Below, piece by piece: positions 11,231-22,770 of a DNA stretch of 64,000 bases; positions within the stretch are counted from its first letter, which is position 1; every line of letters starts with the position of its first letter. The stretch comes from Massalongia carnosa (taxonomy: Eukaryota), in contig OZ287067.1 of NCBI GenBank assembly GCA_965645245.1, forward strand, positions 1,798,001 to 1,862,000, written 5' to 3'. Made by a program: the position numbers and the translations under genes. The notes beneath the pieces were generated by a model. The model did no database searches. It had not been told where the DNA came from and worked only from the letters and a program-made list of their open reading frames with translations.

Positions 11231-13877
11231 TTTTTTATTTATTTATTAAGTGTATTCAACCTAAGGTTATGACACTAAACTATTTTAAGATATGGTTTTA
11301 TTTTACAAATAAATCAACCCTTTATAACCCAACTATCTATCGTCAATATTGCCCCGTTTTTACTCCGTGTTAGTAACAACCTTTAGTAATCGAAATATCG
11401 ATTTTACAATTTGTTTTTGTAAAGCTCGTAAATATTCCAGCATAAATCATTTCTAATTTTACTGTTCGATCTCTCCCCAACCTCCCGTTTCGATATTTTC
11501 GTCATCGAGCTGACCTAGCATCCATTTTCTAGTCGCGATTTTGTTATCAACAATAAATTTAATCAAAATATTATTTCCGATCAATTGTGGTATCGATATT
11601 TTGTTTCATATTTAGGATTTCATTTGAATAATGTATGCAATTCATCAATAAGTTTTCTGGCGTTTGACGTTCGTTGCAGCGCCCTGTGCATTTTGACGAA
11701 TTATAATCTTTCAATCGGTGCAGATATGATCGAAAATAACCGTGTCCGAATTTCATTTGCATAATAGTTGCAAATATTAATTTAGAACAATTATTCGACA
11801 GATAATAAAAACTCGATTTGCCCGGCTGCATTTCGAATTTCTCATAGTATTTGCCTTTTGACTTGCATTGTTGCCATTGATTCGCCCATGTGGCTAACAT
11901 ATTTCGATTTATTTGACCCTTCACATAATCAAATGTTATTATCGAAGACTCGACGAGGATTCGACTATGTCCCGCTTTTGCTGCTTTATCTGCAATTTCA
12001 TTTTCGACGATTTTCGAATGACTAGGAACCCATTGTAGAACCACCTGATAATTGTTTCCGAATAAGCATTTCGAGAATTTTCGAATTTGTTTTGCGTAAG
12101 TATGATTTGTCAAGTTCTGAATTTCGTTTATCGCGTTTATGCTATCGGAAAAAATCCAAATCGTTTTTTCCAAATTGAAGAGAATATTCGCAATTGTCAA
12201 TTTGTATGCCTATTTTGTTGCTTGTAGTATCGCATACAGTTCAGCGTTTTTAACGCTTGACTGTTTGTTTAATTTCCAGCTTTTCGAAATCGTATGATGT
12301 TTGAGGAGACAATCTTTTTCGATAAAACGATTGAAGTTATCGGTGAAATTGTTCCAATTTCGCGTAATTGGTGCAAATGTGATAGCGGAAGTTGAAAACT
12401 CGATTTTTGATCCATCGGTATAGAGTAAAATTTGCGATTTATCGGCGTTTATTGATTGAATTTTTGATAAAGTCGAATGATAACTTGACTTTGCTGTTTC
12501 TTTTGATCATTCGATTTGGAACTTGATTTTACAAGACGGCTTCCATGGTTTGATGAAATTATTTACTGATTCGAATTCATCAGTTTTGTGAACTATATCC
12601 GAAACGGAATGAAGAATACGGATAAGCTGACTAGGATGAGGTTTACTCGATTTTTTCTCGTCTTCGTTCCATTCAGCATATCTGTTGTTCCATAAACTAG
12701 TGTCAAAACCAATGTTTTCAAATTTCACCGTATAGGTACTGGGAATTCTTTGACAAATAGGATTATTTTCGGCAATCTTCAATAATCGAATTGCGTATTT
12801 TTGATTTTTCATCAACAATCGTAGCTTGGCTGGTAAAATATGCGATTCAATTTCCATCGCCTGAACAGACGTGGTTTTGAATGTGCTTAAAATCTTTCGA
12901 ATCATTCGATTTTGCAGATTCTGAAATAGCTTTTCATATTTCTTTTGACCGTTATACCAGATTTCTGAGCCATAGTCCGAAATAGGAATAATGCATGACA
13001 AATAGAGCTGTCTGCATGCAGTTGGCTTTAGTCCCCATTCAGACTTCATCAAATTTTGAATTGCGAAAAACGATCGATTTGCAGAAGCAATTCGCCTTTC
13101 GACGTGTTTTTTGTAATTTAGTTTTCGGTCTAACCAGACTCCTAACCATTTGACAGAATTTATCGGTTCTAGTATTGTCCCGTTTGGTAATTGCACTTTG
13201 TCTTTTGATGTATTTCTTGACTTTTCGAAGTAAATCAACTCAGATTTGTCGTCATCAAATTTGACATTATTCGTTGCGGCCCAATCAAAAGCTGTTTTGA
13301 CGATAATTTCGATTTCTTTGCAATTCTGTTTGGCAGTTTTATTTTTGACATATATTGCAACATCGTCTATAAAGCTAGGTGAATGAGCATTGAATTTCAT
13401 TCGTATTTTCGGAAATAAGTAACGAATATAAATCAAAAATAGAATTGGCGAAGTTGGTGAACCTTGTAGAATTCCAGATTCGATATAGTACGTTTTGCTT
13501 TTGTGTTCATCGAATATCAAATTGATCGATCGTTTTGTCATAAAATGCTTGACCCATTGAATAACTATACGAGATAAATGCAGCTTTTTCATGACATTTA
13601 GCAATCGATTAATCGAAACAAAGTCAAATGCTCCTTTGGGTAGGCTCGCAACGTTAAACCACCACCACATCACTAAAGCACCACCGCATCATTTAAATTA
13701 CTATTACATTTACTATCACATTATTATATTATTATCACAATAAGTATCGATTGACGACCAGGTGTAGGTGTAATTTGTTCAGTACCAGAGTCAGGTGTGA
13801 CTTTTTTATTCCTGAGTGCATACTTTTCTTTGGCACGTTTAAACAAATCAGTCGATCCTAGCATAGAGCTTGTACAA

Positions 13878-15500
13878 ATGATGATCAACAAATCTACACA
13901 AGACCGCGAGAGACGCAAGAAGGAGCAGGAGAAGACGATAAAGCTCTTGGGAGCAAAGATAGATGAGTATTTAAAGCTTGGCAACAGCTCAGGAGACCCA
14001 GCGGCGCACTCTTTGTTAAATGAGGTAAAAGCCACGTTGCAGACGCAGATCTATATTAACTCGGAAAATGAAGACACCAGCATGGTGGCGGAATCCCTAC
14101 GGGACATAAAGAACGCGCTCAATCGCATGGAAGGCGTTAGAAAGAACAACGAGCCCACCACAAGCTACGCCACCGCGGCAACCCCATCGACATCCCGAGC
14201 CCAAGTCGGGCCCAACCCAACGTACAATCTAAGACACCCAAGACCTCAAAAAACCAAAGAACTATCCCCTAGCGAGGCCAAAAGAGCCCGGGAGGTCACA
14301 CTACGGTTCACCAATGAGGCCGATCGAGAAAGAGTAAGACAGCTGCCCACCCAGGAGCTGGTGGAATCGCTGCAGAAAAATGTCGGAGGAATAGTGGGAA
14401 TATCTCGACTCACAAGCGGGGACATACGGATCCACGCAGAATCAGCAGAGATCAAGAAGACCCTACACGAGAACACCAAGTGGATCACCGCGGTCGCAGC
14501 GTCAGCCACGGTCAAGCGCCGCACCTTTGCAGTACGAGCTAGCGGAGTCAAGGTAGATCATATCGATGCCACCAATCAGAATCAAATTATACAGTATCTG
14601 CAGACAGCTAATGCACGATTACACCCAGGCCTAAAAATCACGAGGATCGCCTGGTCGTTCAGGGCTATCAAAGAAAAGAAGGCATACTCATCGCTTCACA
14701 TAGAAGTAGAGACCCCTGCTATGGCCAACCGCCTCATTAACGAAGGCTTCCTGGTCGACCACGAGATAAAGAACTGCGAAAAATTTGCGAAGAGCTGCAA
14801 GCTGACGCAGTGCTTTAACTGCTACAAATACGGACATATAGGAAAACGTTGCCGCAATCCTACGGCGTGCGGCCACTGCGCCGGCGGGCATCCGACCAAC
14901 GAATGCAACCCGGAAACAACCGGTAGACAGAAGAGATGCGCATGCTGCGACGAGAGAGGCCACGTAGCGTGGGCCCCCACATGCAAACTCAGGATACAAG
15001 AAATGAGCAAGATAGAGAAGGCTAGGAAAAGCTCGTCGCAGCTCTTCGCTACGGGCGACCCGATCGTAGCACGATCATTCATCTTTTCGTCCCAGGCCCC
15101 AACTGACAAAGAAAGCAATGCAGCACTAGGAGAGGCAACGGAAAGCCCCGTCAATGGTATCCCGAAAGTTGCCAGCAGCAAGAAAAGAAAAACCGCCCCA
15201 GCCGGCTCTCATGAAGTATCGCCGGCAGGCCCAAGCCGCCCAACAGGAACGTCGTGGAAGGACACAGAGATCATGAAGCCCATGAACATGCAAAGAGCAA
15301 TGGCAAAGCCCATTCTAGGCAGACCACCCAACACGTCAACGACGATGGCTGCAACACCCGCCCCCACCCGCACAAATCCCGCCGCCCACCCGCTGCAACC
15401 CTCCCCGCCGACCCCCGACACACCTCCCCCCCTCGACGACCAAGGACTAATCACCCGCACCGCTCCTGCAACGGACGTAATGGAAGAAGGATGTTTATGA
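13878..15500 (+). CDS. LINE-B ORF1, Gag-like nucleic-acid-binding protein
   Basis: QCFNCYKYGHIGKRC, CGHCAGGH and CACC...GHVAW..C knuckles. First ATG at 13878. Confidence 0.9.
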   Translation: MMINKSTQDRERRKKEQEKTIKLLGAKIDEYLKLGNSSGDPAAHSLLNEVKATLQTQIYINSENEDTSMVAESLRDIKNALNRMEGVRKNNEPTTSYATAATPSTSRAQVGPNPTYNLRHPRPQKTKELSPSEAKRAREVTLRFTNEADRERVRQLPTQELVESLQKNVGGIVGISRLTSGDIRIHAESAEIKKTLHENTKWITAVAASATVKRRTFAVRASGVKVDHIDATNQNQIIQYLQTANARLHPGLKITRIAWSFRAIKEKKAYSSLHIEVETPAMANRLINEGFLVDHEIKNCEKFAKSCKLTQCFNCYKYGHIGKRCRNPTACGHCAGGHPTNECNPETTGRQKRCACCDERGHVAWAPTCKLRIQEMSKIEKARKSSSQLFATGDPIVARSFIFSSQAPTDKESNAALGEATESPVNGIPKVASSKKRKTAPAGSHEVSPAGPSRPTGTSWKDTEIMKPMNMQRAMAKPILGRPPNTSTTMAATPAPTRTNPAAHPLQPSPPTPDTPPPLDDQGLITRTAPATDVMEEGCL

Positions 15501-18500
15501 AGGACACAAACTCCATTAACATACTACAGTACAACGTCAGAAACGACCGAGTAAGTACAATGATACCACTTTTGGCAGATTCAAACACGCAGGACTACGA
15601 CGTTATAGCAATACAGGAACCATGGCGGAGCACGCACGCCCCGACTACTCTTAGCTCTCACCAAAGCGGATTCCACCTTCTATATCGCCCCGGCGGCGAC
15701 ACACGCGTATGCTTCTACGTCAACGAGAAAATCGACCCGGAAAGCTGGGAAGTAGAATTCCCAACCGCAGACCTATGCACGTTGAAATTGAACGTGAGCA
15801 CCGACAGTGTTACGAGAACGTTGCACATTCATAACGTGTATAACCCGTCCCCGTCTTCTTATTCATCCACAGACAGCCCCTCCACGCTCCCGGCTGTTCG
15901 TCAGCAACTCGCCGCAGATGCACAGCACGTCCTCCTCGGCGATTTCAACCTTCACTATCCATTTTGGAACGGAGTCACAAGGCCAACGCAACACGCAGCC
16001 GCGGACCAACTACTGGATATAGTAGAAGAATTCGATCTCTCACTTACACTGCCCAAAGGGACCGTTACATGGGAGGCTCTGAACTCTTTTAGCACCATAG
16101 ACCTAGTATTTATGTCGGAATTCCTGACGGAAAGACTAGAACACTGCATGTCGAGACCGGAAATGAACCAATCCTCTGATCACATCCCGATTTCCACCCG
16201 CATTCTTCTCGGTAGTGAACAGCTAACGCAAGTCAAGCGCAGAGCATGGAAACTGCTGAACATGGAGAAACTGAGAGAGGCAGAAAGCAACGCCCCGCCC
16301 GTCACCCACCCCCGCTCCGCCGAGGAAATTGACCAGTACGCTCAGACAATCCAAGAGTATCTTCAGAAAATCATAGCCGCCTCCGTCCCCTGGGCCAGAC
16401 CCAGCGAATACGCGAAACCTTTTTGGAACGAAGAATGCAATCGCGCCATCCGTGAGACTCGCAAATTGCGCCGTTCCTGGTCGTCATCGCGTCACATGGA
16501 CGACTGGAAAGCGTACATGAAGTCCAACGACAAGAAGCAAAAGATAATCCGAAAAGCAAAAATGCTCTCATTCCGCAAAGAGATCAGTGCAGTCACCGAG
16601 TCGCCGCTGGGCATATGGAAGCTGGCAAGATGGGCAAAAGATAGAAGCCAGAAGCCCCGCGAGATACCGAAAATGCCGCCACTGAGGCACGGAGGGCAGA
16701 CGGCGGAGACGTTCGAAGAAAAAGCGGAAATGCTGAAAGCCAAGTTCTTTCCCCCACCACCGCCGGCGGACCTGAGCGACATACCTGGGTCATTCTACCC
16801 CGCTGCCGCGGATTGTCCCATGATGATCACAAAGAACGAAGTGATCGCAAACATACAATGCCTCAAGTCCGACAAGGCTCCGGGTCCTGACGGGATCACC
16901 AACAAAATCCTCAAGGCATGCTCTACAAAGCTAGCAGAATTGCTTACCCCTTTATTTCAGGCGTGCGTCACGCAAGCGTATCATCCTCGCGAGTTCAAAA
17001 GAGCGAACACGATAACGCTCAAAAAACCGGGAAAGAAAGACAACACCAGCCCAAAGGCATATCGGCCCATAGCTCTCCTGAACACAATAGGTAAAGTTCT
17101 AGAAGCGGTCATCGCAAAGAAAATCACCCACATAGCGGAACAGCATCGGCTTTTGCCCGACACGCAAATAGGTGCTCGGCGAGGGCGATCCACCGAGTCC
17201 GCACTCGAGCTTCTCACAGAACAGGTATACACCGTATGGGGACAAGGCAACGACAAGGTGGCAACCCTACTCAGCATGGATGTGGCAGGTGCGTTTGACA
17301 CGGTGTCTCACCGTAGGCTAATACACAATCTACGGAAAAGGAAAATTCCGAAATGGATCACAGACTGGACAGCAAGCTTTCTGGAGAATAGGAAAACCAC
17401 ATTAGCAATAAATCGGCGAGCAACCGGGGAGTTCGCAGTGCGCACGGGCATTCCTCAAGGCTCGCCCATTTCCCCTATTCTGTATCTGTTCTACAACGCG
17501 GACCTATTAGAGATATGCCAGAGACCCGGCACGAACACGAGTGCGCTGGGATTCGTAGACGACGTAAACGTGTTGGCATACGGTAAAAGCACGGAAGAAA
17601 ATTGCAGAACTCTTGAAAGAATTCACAGGAAATGCGAATTGTGGGCGACACGGCATGGCTCCGTATTTGCACCGGATAAATATGAACTCATTCATTTGTC
17701 AAGAAATCCAAAGAAATTCAACATGACGGCCACTATTCAAATTGAAACCAATCTGATTGAACCAAAAACGGACATAAGAGTACTGGGCCTACAAATCGAC
17801 ACAAAACTAAAATGGGGAGCTCATATACGGAAGACGCAGGAAAAGATGACGTCGCAGTCGCTAGCGCTCACAAAAATCTCGGCATCCACCTGGGGAGCAT
17901 CCTTCGCAAAGGCCCGGCAGGTCTACACCTCCGTCGTCCGCCCGGCAATGACATACGGAAGCGCCGTGTGGCACACGCCCAAGGAAATCAAGAAAAACAA
18001 GGCCACGATGTCCAAACTCAGTGTCATGCAGAACAAATGCCTACGCACTGTGGCAGGAGCGTTTAAAGCAACACCCGTCGAGGTTCTCGAAGCGGAAACT
18101 TTCATCGCCCCTATGGAGCTACACTTGGATCATCTGCAGATGAAAGCAAGATACCGCCTACGGGCCTCAGGGCAAGCGAAACTGATCACCACTGCCTGCA
18201 GCACAATAGCGAACAAGCTACGAGGCAAGGCAGGACGCAAAAGAATACAACGCCCCACCCTAGGAGATTTAAAACACGAATGGGCCAGCAAGATGCTAAA
18301 CAACGAAGCCCCAGCCGCAATACCGCCGCCGCCCCGACCCTGGTCAGGACCCGACCCTGTCCGTCTCGAGAAATACATCACGGCACGCCGAATTATCGGA
18401 AAGCACGCAAAGACCATTACAGTACGAATCAAGGAGCGTTGGGAGACCAGGTGGAAGGCGTATCAGGACCGCGTTCCCTACCCAACAGAGGCACAGCTCG

Positions 18501-18859
18501 GACCACTCAACAGAACTAGATTGAAGATTCATGACAACTTGATGAAGGCGGAAAGCGCGCTAACCACGCAAATCCGCACTGAGAAAATAGGTTTGGCAAA
18601 CTTCCTGTTCAATCGTCGGGTTCCGGGAGCTATGACTCCAGCTTGCTCGTGTGGCTGGCAGAAACAGACTGCCAAACACATCATATTACACTGCAGACTA
18701 ATCGAAGGCAGATATGAGCTGCTCAGACAATTGGGCACCCACGACTACCGGACGATTACGCGTTCGTCGAAAATGCTGAAAAAGCTAACTGCATGGATAA
18801 TAAAAGCAAACTTGTTAACACAGTTCTCACTAGCATCGCAAATGTTATACGAGATATAA
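15497..18859 (+). CDS. LINE-B ORF2: APE endonuclease, reverse transcriptase, C-terminal CCHC finger
   Basis: ILQYNV, IAIQEPW, GDFNLH, SSDH; KAPGPDGI, DVAGAFD, GIPQGSPISP, FVDD; CSCG..QTAKHIILHC. ATGA overlap with the ORF1 stop. Confidence 0.95.
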   Translation: MKDTNSINILQYNVRNDRVSTMIPLLADSNTQDYDVIAIQEPWRSTHAPTTLSSHQSGFHLLYRPGGDTRVCFYVNEKIDPESWEVEFPTADLCTLKLNVSTDSVTRTLHIHNVYNPSPSSYSSTDSPSTLPAVRQQLAADAQHVLLGDFNLHYPFWNGVTRPTQHAAADQLLDIVEEFDLSLTLPKGTVTWEALNSFSTIDLVFMSEFLTERLEHCMSRPEMNQSSDHIPISTRILLGSEQLTQVKRRAWKLLNMEKLREAESNAPPVTHPRSAEEIDQYAQTIQEYLQKIIAASVPWARPSEYAKPFWNEECNRAIRETRKLRRSWSSSRHMDDWKAYMKSNDKKQKIIRKAKMLSFRKEISAVTESPLGIWKLARWAKDRSQKPREIPKMPPLRHGGQTAETFEEKAEMLKAKFFPPPPPADLSDIPGSFYPAAADCPMMITKNEVIANIQCLKSDKAPGPDGITNKILKACSTKLAELLTPLFQACVTQAYHPREFKRANTITLKKPGKKDNTSPKAYRPIALLNTIGKVLEAVIAKKITHIAEQHRLLPDTQIGARRGRSTESALELLTEQVYTVWGQGNDKVATLLSMDVAGAFDTVSHRRLIHNLRKRKIPKWITDWTASFLENRKTTLAINRRATGEFAVRTGIPQGSPISPILYLFYNADLLEICQRPGTNTSALGFVDDVNVLAYGKSTEENCRTLERIHRKCELWATRHGSVFAPDKYELIHLSRNPKKFNMTATIQIETNLIEPKTDIRVLGLQIDTKLKWGAHIRKTQEKMTSQSLALTKISASTWGASFAKARQVYTSVVRPAMTYGSAVWHTPKEIKKNKATMSKLSVMQNKCLRTVAGAFKATPVEVLEAETFIAPMELHLDHLQMKARYRLRASGQAKLITTACSTIANKLRGKAGRKRIQRPTLGDLKHEWASKMLNNEAPAAIPPPPRPWSGPDPVRLEKYITARRIIGKHAKTITVRIKERWETRWKAYQDRVPYPTEAQLGPLNRTRLKIHDNLMKAESALTTQIRTEKIGLANFLFNRRVPGAMTPACSCGWQKQTAKHIILHCRLIEGRYELLRQLGTHDYRTITRSSKMLKKLTAWIIKANLLTQFSLASQMLYEI

Positions 18860-20872
18860 CTTCTCATTTTCGTCAAGGATTCTAAAGAAAAACGATCACA
18901 GAAAGCAGCCTGTTGCCAGCGAGGCTCCGGAGGTAGTGCGTAGTCTACGGGGTTTTTATTCCTAAGAAGGGTTTTACTTGTATGATAAACATAGACAGCC
19001 CGCATGGGCCGGCCTTCGGCCGGTGTCATATCGGAATAAGAATAAATCAATCAAATGCTCCTTTGAAATCGAGTAATAGACATGATAAAACGCTTTTGTT
19101 TCGGCTTGCGATTTCGATATCATGAACGACGTTCATTACCGCATCGATTGCAGAATGATTTTTGCGTCCCCCCATTTGTTCGGTATCTAACAAGCTCGAA
19201 TTTTCGCCGAGGTAGGCTACTCGATTAACAACTATTTTCTCCGCAATTTTACCAAGACAATTCAGTAATGTAATAATTCGATATGATTTTGGCAGCGAGT
19301 AGTCTGGTTTATTCGCTTTTTTTTAAAACTGCACCGAGTCCTGTTCGCCAGCATAACGAGTGATAACCGATTTGTATAAATTTAGAATAAATAGTAAAAA
19401 ACACGTTTTTCAATGGTTGGAACGATTTTTGAACTATTGTAAAATTGATTGCATCAGGTCCACATGATTTCTTTGGATTAAACAAACTAATCGCATTTTG
19501 CAATTCATTTTCGGTTAAATTCGGCCAATTATTTTCATTTTCGCTGTCTCGATTTGTTAAATCTTCAATATTATCGTCCGTGAACGGGTTTTTTGTGTAT
19601 ATTACTGAGACAAACGCATCGAATTTGTGATCGAATTGAACATTTAACTTGTTTTCATATTGAATAGGTGGTATTTTTCCGAACATGCGCGGTTTAGTGT
19701 ATTTATAAGCTGTAAATACGTCTTTGTTCGCCACGTTTTCGAGGAAAGCCAACCAAGTTTGCTGTTTCGCTTTTCGAATTGCATGAAAGTACTCGATTCG
19801 ACTATGTCTAAATGTTTGATGACTAAAATAGGACGGATTATTCTTCCATTCTCGACGATGTCTACACATGATTTTTCGAAGTACGGTTAAATCTTGCTAC
19901 CACAAATTTTTCGATTTTGCGCATATTTTTGTCTTCGGAATAAACATTTCAGCCGCGTTTTTGATAACGTTTTGCAAATATAACGCTGATTCGTCAAATT
20001 GATAATTGTTCAATAGACTTTGTATTTGGGACTCGTAATTTATTGCATTTTCGTCTAGAAACTTCGCGAATTTATCCCAATCGGCTTTATTGTAGTTGTA
20101 TTTATTCGATAATGCGGTTGCGTGTGACGTCAAGTTCTTGAAAGACGCGATAAGTTCAAATCGAATAACTTCATGATCTGAACCCGTGACTGCGTTTTCA
20201 TCGATTGACCAATTTGTAATTGCGTTTTCGATTTTAGAATTTGCAAATGTTAAATCAATAATAGATGAAGAGTTTCCTAAATGAGCAAAAAATGTATATA
20301 GATCAGGCGTATTTATCAAATTACATTTGTTTATTTTTAACCATTTGACTAGATATTCTGATCGAATTGCTTTTTGAATCTTCGAATTCCACCAGCTATG
20401 ATGTGCATTGAAATCTCCACATATAACAAATTGATCATTTGATATAGGTTGAGATTTGATTAAAAGTCGATCGATTGTATATGTTTCTCGATCGTTTAGA
20501 CTTTTTTCATTGTAAAGGTTAAAGATCTGCACTTTCCAAATTCATCAATTGTAATTTTGATAATTTGCATATCAGAATCGTTAATAAGATCCCTTCTAGG
20601 CGTGCATTGTAATTTTGGATTGCATTTTGTAACGAATATAGCTACTCTCGGCCGATAAGTCGCTATTTTCGGCATAATACATGTGAATGACGGATGGAAA
20701 ATTGTTTTTTGATCTCACGTCCATGGTTCCTGAAATAAAACAATATCAACACGATTTAATACTGCATATTCCAGAAACGAAATCTTTGCATTCGTTGACT
20801 TTGCACAATTATGTTGAATAAATTTGACATTTTGTGTATTTTCGATATTTTTCGGCGAATGTTGTCCCGCCA

Positions 20873-22456
20873 TTAACCAAGCATTAATTCATCATTCGAT
20901 TTTCTAGGATTTAGCGAGATAAACATTTCGCATCCTACATCGATCGATTGATGATTTTTGTTGCAATTGACGCATTTCAGAATTGCATGTGCGCATGCGA
21001 TTTCAGACTTGCATGTTGTGCATTCATGATTATGCGTTTCATGACTTTGTGCGCATATATTGCATTTTGCCGGACTTTTGCATTGATAATGCTTATGTCC
21101 AAATTTCTGACAATTAATACATTGCGTGTTTGGACGAACGGAAGCAAATATTTCCGTGTCACAATGTCTATCCGCGATGTTCACGCCTCTTAACGCGTTT
21201 GACGCTTGATTTTGATTATTGAAAGTCAAAACTACCGACGACGTGACTTTGTTTTGACGATCCCGAGCAAGCCATCTTGGTAAATCGCATAATTGCATAT
21301 TCGAATTGTATTTTTCGATTTCGGTTTGCAAATATTGCATGTTATTATCGAATAACGAGATATTTACTCCGTGTGCTATGACTTTAAACCAGGATTCGTC
21401 TTTTCGAATTCTTTGTGATTCGAAAATGTGTTCCCACGAAGATTTATTGTTCAACAATTCTTCTGCATTGTTGTCAGGGCTAGTGGTGAGAACGATATTC
21501 TGACCGGTTTTGGACTTTTCAACAGTATTGACGATGATGTTTAAATTTGCGTTTTTTAATAGCGCGTTAATTTGATCACGCAACTTCATAGAGTCGATTT
21601 GAGCGTCAGGGTTTTTCGGTGAAATCACGAGTCGTCTGGCCTTGATTGCATCAAATCGATCGACTTTGTTCGAATTATAATTCGAACTTTTCCTTTGAAT
21701 AGTAGTCCAATTTTCGGAGTTTTCGGTTGCTTTTCCAAGCATTTGACTCCATGTACCGGTTGTGCTAACATTGTTACCAGAGACCCCGGTGGCTCCTTTG
21801 CGAATGGTCTGATTTTCGATAATTGAATTTTAATTCAATTAAACAACAGGTTTTTGGATTTTTGGACCGTTCTATAGTGAAGTCATTTGTTGTTGTGACG
21901 TTTTTGAAGAAAGATGACTAGTTTGATCAAGTACTATGCCCATTTTGTAGTTAATTATATCTAAGGATGTTTGTAAATTGATTGATTTTTTCGAAATCAA
22001 CGAATTAACGTTGTCAATTACGATAGCCGTTTGTGGATTTTGGTCGCGTACAAATGATTGCAATAATGCTTTTTTGGCCGACTTTAGAAGCTCAATTGAA
22101 TTTGCCCGCTTGATCGCTTCTTGGCTTTCTCTCGAATTTTCGTCAAATGTTCGTCTTTTATTTCGTTTGATTGGTGGGCTTGATCCAATGTTTAAATTCA
22201 ATGAAGGCATCGGCAAGATAGTGGAAAATGGACCCGATGGGAATTTCGTTGCCTTTGGTGTCGGTGTTGACGGGGCTGATGCATATTCGCGAGTTTGATC
22301 CATAGGTTCAAGACGGGGAAAGCTCCCTATCAACGCTACCGGAGATGGTCCGGGGGAGTGTCGGGGGGGGACCGGGTAGGGGGTCGATAGGGGGGCGGGA
22401 CCGGCTGGGGGTGGATTCCTTGGTATTTTCCGGCGGTTCATTACCGCGTTAAACAT
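20873..22456 (-). pseudogene. LINE-A ORF1 (Gag-like), broken between about 21742 and 21872
   Basis: Pro-rich N-terminus from the ATG at 22456; QCINCQKFGH..QC, CNICAQSH and CVNCNKNH knuckles at the C-terminus. Confidence 0.85.
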
Positions 22457-22494
22457 GATTTTATAAATAAATCGATGTTGCCTTTGCTATATCC

Positions 22495-22765
22495 TGTCAC
22501 GGTAGGAGTCCAATGATCCTATCCGTATGGTGGAACAGTGTTTGCTATCGACTATACTACATGATAATCTGACGAAACGAACACAAGGAGGAAAACAGTA
22601 ACAGCTAGCAGAGATTTCCTTTAACTCCTGAAAAGGGACACTAAACCCAACTCGGTAAGCTCGCAGTCTAACCACAACGATTATCCGCCGGCGCTAAACC
22701 TTAAAGTCCGACTAGGGCAGCCGTCTGTTCAATGAACCTCCACGTCTCATGTTCACACCATGACA
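22495..22765 (-). mobile_element. Solo LTR of the Gypsy-C family
   Basis: Reverse complement of the LTR at 32046-32317; TG...CA ends; TSD TATCC at 22490-22494 and 22766-22770. Confidence 0.95.
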
Positions 22766-22770
22766 TATCC

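Larger units (their letters stand above)
13639..19050 (+). mobile_element. LINE-B, intact full-length Tad-like non-LTR retrotransposon without RNase H
   Basis: 15-bp TSD TCAAATGCTCCTTTG at 13624-13638 and 19051-19065. Two uninterrupted ORFs. 3' end AATAAGAATAAATCAA. Confidence 0.95.
11459..20873 (-). pseudogene. LINE-A ORF2 (APE endonuclease-RT-RNase H), split by LINE-B, with stops and frameshifts
   Basis: QHNCAKS, GDFNAHH and TGSDHEVI endonuclease; KSCGPDAI, QGSPTSP and SFIDD RT; RNase H at 11571-12430. Start ATG overlaps the ORF1 stop as TAATG (20871-20875). Confidence 0.88.

Noticed and set aside
15254..15496. ORF-track N-terminal extension of LINE-B ORF2 (and 13797-13877 for ORF1)
   Set aside because: These use non-ATG starts. 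Endonuclease homology begins right after the ATG at 15497, which overlaps the ORF1 stop.
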